The translations under genes and the position numbers were made by a program. The notes below the pieces were generated by a model. That model ran no database searches and was not told the DNA's origin. It saw only the letters and a program-made list of their open reading frames with translations. From positions 496,001-560,000 of the forward strand of contig NIVC01001022.1 in the NCBI GenBank assembly GCA_002269645.1: a stretch of DNA of 64,000 nt, written 5' to 3'. The stretch comes from Macrostomum lignano. Lineage: Eukaryota. Positions 13,133 through 23,984 of the stretch are shown here, piece after piece (within the stretch, counting starts at the first letter, position 1; the number at the start of each line of letters is the position of its first letter).

Positions 13133-14682
13133 TAGTTGCCGTTGGCAGGTAAGTGCAAAGCCCCTTCTAGTTGGAAGCCCGATTTCGAGAGTCCCGGTGT
13201 GGTGAGCCAGGACACACGGGCTGGTGGCAGCGGGTTAGTTAATCTGCGGATTAGCTGATCTCTACCTTCAAAATTCTCCCTGCTTGTCTCTCGCTGTCCT
13301 CTCTTAGCTATAGGACCTAGACTGCTCGCCACACGATCAAGCTACCATGGGGCTGACCATCTGACAGGAGTGGGGGGCCAGGTCTCTAATTGATTTATTT
13401 CTGAGACCTCAGGCCCGAAGGCTTTCCGAAAGGGGCCGAAAAGGCCGAAACTCATCAATAGATTACTCTGGTGAATATCTCTGCTACCGAAAAAGTGTTT
13501 GCAAGACACTTTGGTGGAAAATTCACCTTTTATTCACGGAAGCTTTCTCAAAAAAGAAGAAATTGACAACCACCCAACCACCGCTTGTCGAGTACGAGAG
13601 CCAGAGAGCGTAGCTGATGATTGACAGATCAACAGAAAGTTTGTTAGGATTTTTCCTCAGCTGCATGAAAGCCAAACCGTTGTTTAAATATCAGAGCGAG
13701 AGTGAGCTTTTGTTTGAAACCACAGCTCTAACAATAGTTTTCGTTTCTACTCCAAACGTGTTGCCTACAAGACAGGCCTAAAACTTAAAAAACCTCCAAA
13801 GCGAGAGTTATGTTTCTTTAGTGACAGTTGCTTTAATGGATGCGTGCGTTGTATGTGGTTTAAATTTAGCAAGAACTAAACCCAAAGAGTGTGTCAATAG
13901 CCAGTAAAAGGTAAAAAAAGCTTTTCGAAAGCTGCTGTCGTTCTGTTTTTTTCAGTTGAGTGCTTGGGCGTAAAGCGAAAAGCAGAAGATTGAGCAGTAG
14001 AAAATTAAAAATGTACTGTTATCCGATCGAGCAGGTTGTAATTGTGAACTTCTTTCCTTTGCTAAAAGTTTCTGTGGAAAATCGATTTCATTTCACGTTA
14101 TTGAAGTGTATGGAAACAGAATACAAATTTACATGTATCAGTAATGCTTGATTAGATTTCAACAGTTACTGTATGTCCCTTTTGAATTTATTTGAATTAA
14201 AAACTGGCAACAGGTGAGAATGTGAAGGTCATAGCTTCCACAGATGATTTTCCTGTCTCTTCAAGATCAACTTTTTAACTATAAAATAGGTAGCCATGGG
14301 AAATTACTGACTTTGAAAAAAATCGTCAGGCGCCACAATAACGTCAAGCACTATTGGAAGTGAATATCTATTAGAAAAGACAGCTAAGACTTAATAAGGA
14401 AATTCCTACATTCGCAGACAGAGCTAGCCTCAATAAATAGTTTAGAATAAACATTTTGGTATATAACGGAATACAGAAAAGTCAATAATTGTATAATAAA
14501 TTTCATTTAAGATAGAAATTAGTAAGATTACAGCTCTGCGCCCATATGTCAATTAAAGAGACGCCTATAACGACCATCAAGAAAAATGACTGGCTTTTAG
14601 AGGGCATAACTAGGACGCTAAATAGATATTTTCGCAAATCACTTTGCGATAAAAAATGTAGCGTTTCAAAAAGCTCAAATAG

Positions 14683-15453
14683 CTACACGCTAAACTTGAC
14701 CCAGTCGGCGCTCGTCTCGATCTCCGCCTCCACCTGAGCGTCGGTGAACAGCAGCAGGCGGCAGGCTCTCAGCTTGCTGTTGTACAGCACGTGTCTGCAG
14801 TTGCCTGAGTTGATGGCAGCCGCCATGCACTGCAGCGAGTTGGCCACCGGCTGCAGGTCAGAGTAGCAGTACTCAGTGCTGGCGTGGTAGCTGGTCTGCT
14901 TGAACCGAGTCAGCTTCCACGAGGCAGCAGTTGGCAGCGGCTGAGCGGCACTCGGAGTCCACTCGCAAGTGAATCCGAGTGAGCGAGAACAATAGAAATT
15001 TCCCATTTTTCCATAGGATAAATGCAGTACGCAGTTTTCTCCGGTTCCTCCGTTTGGCTCAGTTGAAGCACCCCACAGTGAGTCATTCAGCGGCATGACG
15101 CCGTTGCCGTTGACCAACTGCCAGCCCGATCGGCTCGAAGATCTCTCGTCAGCCAAGTCGGTCACTCCAAACCAGATGTGGCAGCTGCTGCAGGCGAAAC
15201 TGGGCATGCTGCTGAGCAGCTGCAGAGAGCTGTACGAGTTGAGCAGCTCGCCTCCGATCATGGCGCACTGCCGGTTGGCCTCGCACCAGCTGAAGCTCCT
15301 CACCTTGTTCACGAATATGCATTTTCCGGCTTCAAGGCTGAATGGCGAGGGGCACAGCTGGGCCAGGGCTGGCTGCTGCTGGCTGTCCAGAAAGGCGAGA
15401 AGGAACACCATGAGGGGCTTGGACTCCATGACAAGCCCACGCATAATAATCAC
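14683..15453 (-). CDS. Secreted C-type lectin domain + C-terminal PAN/apple-like domain protein (copy 1), intronless
   Basis: 256-aa ORF. Hydrophobic leader ending PALA/Q; CTLD motifs CP.PF...C...WCEA...C...GGEL...WFG.TD...W...EPNGG.GENC...C...F.CE; C-terminal Cys module CY..QC...NCRHVLYN....CRLL. TATAAAA at 15488-15494 upstream. Confidence 0.92.
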   Translation of the reverse strand: MIIMRGLVMESKPLMVFLLAFLDSQQQPALAQLCPSPFSLEAGKCIFVNKVRSFSWCEANRQCAMIGGELLNSYSSLQLLSSMPSFACSSCHIWFGVTDLADERSSSRSGWQLVNGNGVMPLNDSLWGASTEPNGGTGENCVLHLSYGKMGNFYCSRSLGFTCEWTPSAAQPLPTAASWKLTRFKQTSYHASTEYCYSDLQPVANSLQCMAAAINSGNCRHVLYNSKLRACRLLLFTDAQVEAEIETSADWVKFSV

Positions 15454-15591
15454 AGGCTGTAGCCAGATCTTTAATTCGCAGTCGGCTTTTTATACGTGTG
15501 TATGAGCTTTGTTATAAAAGGTTTTTGATGGTATTGTCTTAACTCTACTCTCATTAGACCTGCTAGGATTTGAAATCTTAGCAACGCTGCA

Positions 15592-16030
15592 CAGGGGCGG
15601 GATTTAGGCGGCGGGGCGGGGGACTGCCGCCCACCCCCGACCCATTGTGGCTGGCGGTGATGACGCCCCTGAATAAAGCCAATAGAGGTTCTCACGCCCT
15701 CGATTTGCTCAGAATGGCGCCCCTCTGTTGCGTATTATGGCGCCCCTCTATTGTGTATTATGGCGCCCCTCTATTGTGTATTATGGCGCCCCTCTATTGT
15801 GTATTATGGCGCCCCTCAATTGTGTATTATGGTGCCCCTCAATTGTGTATTATGGCGCCCCTCTATTATGTATTACTGGTATGGCGCCCCTCTATTGTGT
15901 ATTATGGCGCCCCTCTATTGTGTATTATGACGCCCCTCTATTGTGTATTATGGCGCCCCTCTATTGTGTATTATGGCGCCCCTCTATTGTGTATTATGGC
16001 GCCCCTCTATTGTGTATTATGACGCCCCTA
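15592..16030. repeat. 23-bp minisatellite (ATGGCGCCCCTCTATTGTGTATT, 15714-16030) next to CAGGGGCG/GACGCCCCTG TIR-like motifs
   Basis: About 13 copies. TIR-like motifs at 15592, 15662-15671 and 16021-16030; no TSD match. Confidence 0.85.
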
Positions 16031-16197
16031 TAGTCTTACCAACATTTGTTACAAGTATAATTATAAAGCTTACTTTCAGACTTTTCACGTTTGGCATAAA
16101 ATGTTATAATTTCAACAAAAAGCAAAGGAAAAAGAGGGAAGTTCTACCTGGCCTGGTGCGAGGCCAATGGCGCAAGATGATCGAATGTCGAGGGGAT

Positions 16198-16506
16198 GCT
16201 TTCACAAGCTTTCACAAGCTTTCACAAGCTTTCACAAGCTTTCACAAGCCTTCACAAGCTTTCACAAGCTTTCATAAGCCTTCACAAGCTTTCACAAGCT
16301 TTCACAAGCTTTCAAAAGCTTTCACGAGCTTTCACAAGCTTTCACAAGCTTTCATAAGCCTTCACAAGCTTTCACAAGCTTTCACGAGCTTTCACAAGCT
16401 TTCACAAGCTTTCATAAGCCTTCACAAGCTTTCACAAGCTTTCATATGCCTTCACAAGCTTTCACAAGCTTTCATAAGCCTTCACAAGCTTTCACAAGCT
16501 TTCACA
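16198..16506. repeat. 10-bp tandem repeat (TTCACAAGCT), ~31 copies
   Basis: Direct reading; inverted unit CTTGTGAA at ~16587. Confidence 0.96.
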
Positions 16507-16821
16507 ACATCGAAAAGCAAATTATTTCACTAGGTAAAAATTTGAAATGTCGAAAACTTAAATTAAGCTACTAAAGAAATTTCGAGCTTGTGAAGGAAGG
16601 TGCCATCGACGTAGTGAAAAATTTCGATTTCGTGAAACCCCCTCCCCATGTCGAGCTGTCAAACTCGAATAACTATCTCGCCTGTAGTGACTGTGATGTG
16701 TTTAACTCGAAGTTAGCGGTGTGGTCTGATTTGGTTTGACTGACATCTGAATTTGTGTCGCTAATATAGTAGCTACTTGCATAGCTCGTATCGCTTTTTT
16801 GTAAACTTAGATCTGGTCGAA

Positions 16822-17192
16822 CAGAGAGTGCTAGCCAGAGAGTGCTAGCCAGAGAGTGCTAGTCAGAGAGTGCTAGCCAGAGAGTGCTAGCCAGAGAGTG
16901 CTAGCCAGAGAGTGCTAGCCAGAGAATGCTAGCCAGAGAATGCTTGCCAGAGAATGCTTGCCAGAGAATGCTAGCCAGAGAATGCTTGCCAGAGAATGCT
17001 AGCCAGAGAATGCTTGCCAGAGAATGCTTGCCAGAGAATGCTAGCCAGAGAATGCTTGCCAGAGAATGCTTGCCAGAGAATGCTTGTCAGAGAATGCTTG
17101 CCAGAGAATGCTTGCCAGAGAATGCTAGCCAGAGAATGCTTGCCAGAGAATGCTAGCCAGAGAATGCTTGCCAGAGAATGCTAACCAGAGAA
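16822..17192. repeat. 14-bp tandem repeat (CCAGAGA[G/A]TGCT[A/T]G), ~26 copies
   Basis: Direct reading; G-variant block followed by A-variant block. Confidence 0.96.
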
Positions 17193-17899
17193 TTTTATTG
17201 TTGAAAAAGGAAAAAATGAAAACTTCTGTGCTGAAAAAATGAAAAGGCTGTGAAGACTGCATGACGACTGTTTTTTCGGAAAGATTCGCTTCAAGTCTGT
17301 TGACAAACATTTTATGTTTTAACTGCAATTTTTTAGTTCAGTCCTACCCCATAATCTATAGGAAAGCAAATAGCTTAGCATTTCTGTGCGCTTTATCTTG
17401 GGCTTTGTCGGTCGCAATTCGGAGATCAAAGAAATGCTATTTACGATTTAAATGGATCGTAAAATCTTGTTTTATTTGCTTTAAAATACATTTCAACGAA
17501 TTTCTCCGCTTGGAGAAGAATCTGATTCGACTTCAATATTACAATGGTACTAAATATATACAATTAAAATGTGTTGAAAGAACCCGAATAAAATTTGATA
17601 GCTAATGATGTTTAAAGTATTTAATGTGCTTCTGATGCTACTTCCACAAATTTCGAAAGTAGCATCATAACAAATCTTCAGAGTCAAATGCTGAAAGCAG
17701 GACAAAGCATTTTTCTCCACCGTGAACCAGGGGCTACCTTTCTCTTGCTTTCGGGAGTTTCCAGACTCGTCTGCTTTAGTAGAGACAAATTTTGCCAAGT
17801 CAGATAAGAAAGCTACATGTTAGATGATAGTAAGATGATAGATGTCTAAAAAGGATAAAAGGAGTTGAACGCATTTTTGCTAGCCCGCAAAAGCTGAGC

Positions 17900-18700
17900 A
17901 AAAGCAAGGACAACTTAAGTAGAAGAACGCAACACTCGAAATCTACGGTAAATGTTTTAAAGGCAACTTTTCGCCGAAAAGTTTTGTTATTAAAACCACC
18001 TCTGTGACGAATCTCCCCAAGGAAGTGTTCCAGCGTAAAGGGTACGTCAAGAGGTACTTAAAGCAAGCGGACGGCTGATAGAAAATATGCTGAAGTATCA
18101 GCTTCAGGGCTGTGATATTGTTGCAATATCCTATTACAGACCATGTTTTTCGCCGACTCTCAATCAGCGGTACCTCATTAATCGTTTAGAGGCTGCGAAT
18201 GTAGTCGCGCGCCTCATCGAGAAGCGCGAATGTGGTCTAAAGGCTTGCTTGCTTGCGACTTCCAAATGGGACCTTTCCAGCCTGAGTCCTGCAAAAAACG
18301 GATGCAAGTTTAAGGGCCATGATTGCGCGTCTTTATGCTATTTTGGTTTAATATACCGGCTCCCCTCGAGTTGAAGATGTCGAACAGATCATCAATGCAA
18401 TAAACCGGACCGTTTAATCACAATTTTGGAAATCCGAAACTCCAAGCTGCTTTTGGAAGGTGAGAGCGTCAGCGACGGACGAACTGATTGTCTGTGCAGC
18501 CAAGCAGACCTTCATCTTTTGTCGCTGCCACAATTCAATGCATTTCTTTTAGAGCCGATTTCCGATTCGAACCCCCTCAGCTTCTTGCAGATTGTGCAAT
18601 AGTTCCAGATAGTGCCAGCCAGGTTAGCGGTGTCCTGAGCGAAACGGTTGCAGCTGATTCAAATGAGCCTTTTGAAGTGCTACTCCTATTCTGGTTCTTG
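17900..18700 (-). mobile_element. Decayed P-element/THAP9-like transposase
   Basis: Motifs in the expected order across stops and frameshifts: WHYLELLHNLQEAEG; WQRQKMKVCLAAQTISSSVADALTF; DDLFDIFNSR; LLDEARDYIRSL; FKYLLTY; LEHFLGEIRHRGGFNN. These match the P-superfamily motifs QKMKV.LAAQ..S.SVA, LFD..NSR and YLLTY..SQD.LE..F..IR..GG.N. Confidence 0.85.
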
Positions 18701-19111
18701 ATGATGTTCCTAGAAATAGAACCCGCTGCTCCTGAAGTAGCTAGATAGCACCGTTGTACTACCTATCGATTTGCCTGAAAATGAACCTAAAACGTTAGCC
18801 TTGACTTGGTAGGGTTGCTGCCACCTTAGTGTGCGGACTCGACGCGTCGGCAGAGTTGTCTATCCGTCACATGAAATAAAATAACGAAGTCGCTCGGAGC
18901 AAAGGCAAATCTGAAAATGTCTCGACAGTCGATCGTCTTAGTAGAATGCTGCTCGAACCTGAAAACCTGTAAACCTGAAATGAGAGAGGATAGCTCGGAG
19001 GACGCTTCTCGAGTCAGCCACGATGCTCCGCGAGACGACTCGGTCTGGGCTGCGACGCGATGGTCCGCGCTGCTCCACGAAGTCTGGAGAAAATGGCTCG
19101 CAGATGCTCCG

Positions 19112-19474
19112 TATTTATAGCCGAGCAGACCCCCAAAAGTCACGTGAGTTTCATGCGGTGAGCGCGTGAAACTTCCTTATTTGGTCACTAAAATCATGCG
19201 AGCGACGCGTGATTCAAGGCCAACTTCCAAACAAGGCAACCCTGTCACGCAGCAGTGGCGTGACCCAAGGTCAGTGGCCACGCACAGCATGCGTGCACAG
19301 TCACGTGCTTTTCTGTGCTAAAAATAGAACTTGGGCGGATGAGTCATCCTGTTTACTCCATCTAGGCAGCCATTACACTCCGCGCAGGTGATGAGTCATC
19401 CTGCTACGCCTCGCAGCGCGAGTGGGAAGACATTGAGTGTGGCTGCCCACGCCTGCTCAGGCGATGAGTCATCG
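19112..19474 (-). promoter_or_regulatory. Candidate TATA promoter/enhancer with three AP-1 palindromes and two E-boxes
   Basis: TATAAATA on minus strand (19112-19119); GTCACGTGA at 19139-19147; CACGTG at 19302; GATGAGTCATC at 19338, 19390 and 19463. Confidence 0.5.
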
Positions 19475-21589
19475 GGCAGTAAACACTTAGGCCCAGCACA
19501 GGGTATCTCTCTCACTAGATCAGGTGGACTGAGCTACTGTGCAGCGGACCACAGCACTCTGAGGGAAAGCTAGCGAATGCTGCTGAATAACCAGTTAGCA
19601 GCCAGTCACTCCACTTTCTAAATTGCTCTGGTCCAACCTTGATTATTGCTGTGTTGGATCCTTTCGGACAGACAAGGTGTCCAAGAACATACAACCTTTG
19701 TTTTCAACAGTGGTTTGTCTACCAATAGTTCAACTGGGGATGCAATTTACCTTTGCCAACGGTTCGTAAAATAACAGGTATCAATCAATGACACATTGTG
19801 TCAGACTGAAAAGGGTTGAATGAACCCGTGTAATATTTGATATTTAAAATTAAATAATTAAATATGCTACTGCATACAAAAATTTCGAAAGTAGCACAAT
19901 AATATTGTTTTAAAGTATTTTAAATTCGTAGCTAGTACTTCAGCACGGATAGAGCTTAATACACATTTAACTCGCATATCTTGCAAAGCTGAAATATTCG
20001 AGATTAGTCGCTTCAATAAATAAATAAATAATTTAACTTAATAAATAGGAAGTCAAAGAATAAAAACGCTCTAGGAGCGTATTGTCACTGTACTTCTTAA
20101 TTAATGAGGAACTGCCTAGTGGCTGAGGCATGCTACTGCAGTGGCGGTCTACTGGAAATAGTCATTGCACTAATTTGCATTAGAGTAAGTTTGAAATAGA
20201 CAATCGGGCGTTAAATGTCATTAACTGCCCGCTAATTTGCATTAAAGTAAGTTTAAGGCATTAAAGTCCTGCAAGCGGGCTTAAATGTAGTCTATGGCAT
20301 TAAAAGGCAAGAATAAGTGCCCAGCGGGCACAAAGGTCATGGTACAATAAAGGTAAAAGTCTGGCTCAGCTCACCCATAGGTAAAAAACAAAGGCTTCTT
20401 TAGGCGCTTGCTTATACTATACACAAATATACGATTGTACATGTGTAAAATTACTCATAACTCACAAGTAATACATGTAGATTCGAATGATCTAAGAGGC
20501 AAGAAGCAAGTAAGAGGCCAGCATAGAATGGAATAATTATTTTAATAAACTACATGTAGCTACCCCTACATGTAGGCCCCCGTAAGCCTTGGCATCTCAG
20601 CAATTACCCCCTGTAAGCCTTGTCATTTCAGCATTCCCCCGTAAGCCTTGACATCACAGCATCTTGACTTCCTGGAAAAAAGTATACCCAAAAAGTATAG
20701 AAATTTTTGTTTTCTCCACAAGCCATACGTGGCCTGGTCTGTATACCAGCAGTTGACACCTACGCAGAATACAGAAATGTAGAAACATGTGTGCAAATTT
20801 CTGTAAGATTCATTTTTCCCATCTGAACTTAGGTTACGTGGTCAGTGTTTGAGCGATGTTCAGATCCGGTTGTGAAACTCAAATAAGATATCTATATGTA
20901 GCAGCTCTATTTGTGAGAGTTTGCCTCCGGAATCGGGCAAACATTATCTTGTGCAACTGCAAGCTCTGATATATTTAACACCGAACCACCAAACGGGGTT
21001 AACTAGAAGTTTGCTCTGCACTTTCAGTTTTTAGTGGATGATTCTGTTAAATCGGTCTTTTACTTGATTATTCACTCTTCATCCTGTAAGGGCTTGATAT
21101 TCTGCTATGGTCTCTGATATTTCGTATATTCCTGTTCTCTGACTAAATCGACGTCTTCAATAGTTACATGGATTCGTTGCCTGAAATACACTGGTACACC
21201 TAGCGAAATGCTATGGCTCATGAGGGGAAAGGCTGAGACGTCAAGACTCATGAGGGGATTGCTGAAATGCTGTGGCTCATAAGGGGGGGTTGCTGAGGTG
21301 CCAATGGTTCACTGGAAGCTGTTGGTAATGAACAAGCATCAAAGAGTGAGTTAAGGTTAAGCTATAACTTAAAGACAGTTTTTAGTGCTAAAGCTCAAAG
21401 GGATGCTGATATCTTAGGCTTTTTGGGCTTTTGCTTTTTTGCGTTAAACATCATATTTGTCTAAAGAAATAAACAATAGGGACTGTACAAGATCAAAAGC
21501 TACAAGTAGTTAATTAATAAAATATTTATTTCTCTGTTGTCGAACAAACCGGGGACGCAGATGCTTCTGTTTGATAATAGTAATAATCA

Positions 21590-21890
21590 TAATTGGTACA
21601 CCTGCTCTAATTGGGCCAGATGTGCAACCGACAGCTCATCCACAGCTATTGCGCAGCGCATCTGAAGGCTGCGTACGGCTGTTCAGTCCAAGGACTGGGG
21701 GTCGCCACGCACACCCTCAATTACCCCAGCTAATGCTGGCACCCATTTTACAGCTGGCTGAACTGAAGCAATGCAGAGTTAAGTGTCTTGCTCAAGGACA
21801 CAAATTGTTCCAGTGGGATCAGGAATCGAACCCCCAACCTTCAAGTCGTGCGTCCGACGCTCTAACCACTAGGCTGCAACCCCTTTCTTG
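21590..21890 (-). mobile_element. tRNA-derived SINE with CORE-like central domain (copy A)
   Basis: Reverse complement shows A-box TAGTGGTTAGAGC, B-box GGTTCGATTCC and CORE-like TGTGTCCTTGAGCAAGACACTTAAC...CTGTAAAATGGG; homologous to the copies at 29386 and 30276. Confidence 0.9.
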
Positions 21891-23246
21891 TGTTTGCTAA
21901 CAAGTATTTGCTAAACAATTTTCATTGATCCCTCTTCTTGTCTCATTCACACAAGCCTTTTGCCACTGTCATAAACCTCTAGACCAGTCCGAACTACTCG
22001 AAGATCTTTTTCATTTTTTTTCCTACTGAGTTTCTACCGTAACCTTTAGTAGGTTGATCAAGCCTCGTTCAAAGATCAGATGGAGCTTTCTGCCGATAGT
22101 CAGTCAGGGCGGCTGTATGAGCTCAGGAGTCAGCGGAATGGGAAGAATTGACGTAGCACTGGTTATGGGATCGGGATGGTTTCGGCAGATGCAACCCTTC
22201 CACTTGAATTGTGAGGGATGTCTGTCCCGTGGAGCGAATTTTCAAACGCAGCAGAGATCTTTATCTTCTTCAACTTCTCAGTATACTGCATATGCATTGA
22301 ATCTCGGTGCGCACTTGCGAGATTTGGGCCAGGGAGGCTCTCTTTTCCCTCATCGTTCTCTGCTGCACTTCTACGGACCACAAGCTTGCCTACAAGGAAC
22401 TACTTCCTACTGCCATTGTTCTAACCAGACTCCAGTGCATAAGCTCACAGCACTGTTGTTTACTAAAGCCACTTCACTTGCGGCTTCAGCTGAAGCATTA
22501 ATAAATCATTGAGCTCACACGCAAACCAGCCTGTTTGAGAAAACTCCTGTTTAAAGTGTAAGGGTCTAAAGGCAATTAAAAACTTTGCCATCGTTGTCCG
22601 TCACCAGGCCTTTTCTTGCCTTCTTGCCAACTGCATAGACTTTTTACTAAAAGGAGTTTTAGTACATTGTAAAGGAATAATTGAAGGCCGTTAACTAAAG
22701 CCGAAAAGCATCCTGGACGTGTGGGCGTTGCAAGAACAGAGAAAGGAAAGTTGAGAACTGACGTTCTTAAAGCTTAGGATCGTTTACTGATGTATGCTGA
22801 AACTTTTGCTGAGTGAACCAATGATTCTGCAGATAAAATAAAACGAATATAGTTTAGAATGCATGGAAGACACTTGTAAACGTTTGAATGCAGCGCAAGT
22901 ATTTTAATGACTGACAGTCTATTAAAGGTATAATTTCCTCCACATCGATGCGACCCTGGTTATCACGGTCTGTCATTTTAAGTAATTCTTAAGAAAAAGC
23001 AAAAAGCGGCGCTCGGGTCTCAATGATAGATGAATGATAGAAAATCACCTTTGTATATTGCTCGAAGAAAAAAGCAAAAAAAGAAGAAAACGAGTATACT
23101 TTTGAATAGTTTTTCCGTGTATATAGCTTAGGATTCGAAGGTTGTATTACAGATAACAAGTTTGCGTTTTTAGTTTTTATCGTTTCTCAGGATTAAAGTA
23201 ATATTTCTTCGATATGATATCGGCATCAACTGACATCACGCAATTC

Positions 23247-23984
23247 TCAATACACGCTGAACTTGACCCAGTCGGCGCTCGTCTCGATCTCCGCCTCCAC
23301 CTGAGCGTCGGTGAACAGCAGCAGGCGGCAGGCTCTCAGCTTGCTGTTGTACAGCACGTGTCTGCAGTTGCCAGAATTGAAAGCTGACATGACACAAGCC
23401 AGCTCGGAGTGAACATTGGTCAGGTCAGAGTAGCAGTACTCAGTGCTGGCATGGTAGCTGGTCCGCTTGAACGGAGTAAGTTCAAAATTCAGATGCGTCT
23501 GAGAAGTCCTCGGCTTCCACTCGCAAGCAAATCCGAGTGAGCGAGGACAAAAGTAGTTTCCGATTTTTCCATGCGACAAATGTATTACGCAGTTTTCGCC
23601 GGTGCCTCCGTTTGGCTCAGTTGAAGCACCCCACAGTGAGTTATCTAGCGGCATGACGCCGTTGTCTTTGACCATCAGCCAGCCCGATCGGCTCGAAGAC
23701 CTCTCATCAGCCAAGTCGGTCACTCCAAACCAGATGTGGCAGCTGCTGCAGGCGAAACTCGGCATGCTGCTGAGCAGCTGCAGAGAGCTGTACGAGTTGA
23801 GCAGCTCGCCTCCGATCATGGCGCACTGCCGGTTGGCCTCGCACCAGCTGACTCTGTTCACCTTGTTCACGAATATGCATTTTCCCGCCTCAAGGCTGAA
23901 CGGCGCGGGGCACAGCTGGGCCAGGGCTGGCAGCAACTGGTGGCTGATAATTCCTTGAAGAAGGAGCACGAAATTAAATTTCAT
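23247..23984 (-). CDS. Secreted C-type lectin + PAN/apple-like protein (copy 2), intronless
   Basis: The first in-frame ATG at 23984 gives MKFNFVLLLQGIISHQLLPALAQ (signal-like), 245 aa; the track's TTG start at 24068 is unlikely. Same motifs as copy 1. Confidence 0.92.
   Translation of the reverse strand: MKFNFVLLLQGIISHQLLPALAQLCPAPFSLEAGKCIFVNKVNRVSWCEANRQCAMIGGELLNSYSSLQLLSSMPSFACSSCHIWFGVTDLADERSSSRSGWLMVKDNGVMPLDNSLWGASTEPNGGTGENCVIHLSHGKIGNYFCPRSLGFACEWKPRTSQTHLNFELTPFKRTSYHASTEYCYSDLTNVHSELACVMSAFNSGNCRHVLYNSKLRACRLLLFTDAQVEAEIETSADWVKFSVY

Noticed and set aside
20575-21300. Two short degenerate ~30-bp triplications (20575-20660 and 21205-21300)
   Set aside because: Real but small and decayed; nothing distinguishes them from the background repeat load.
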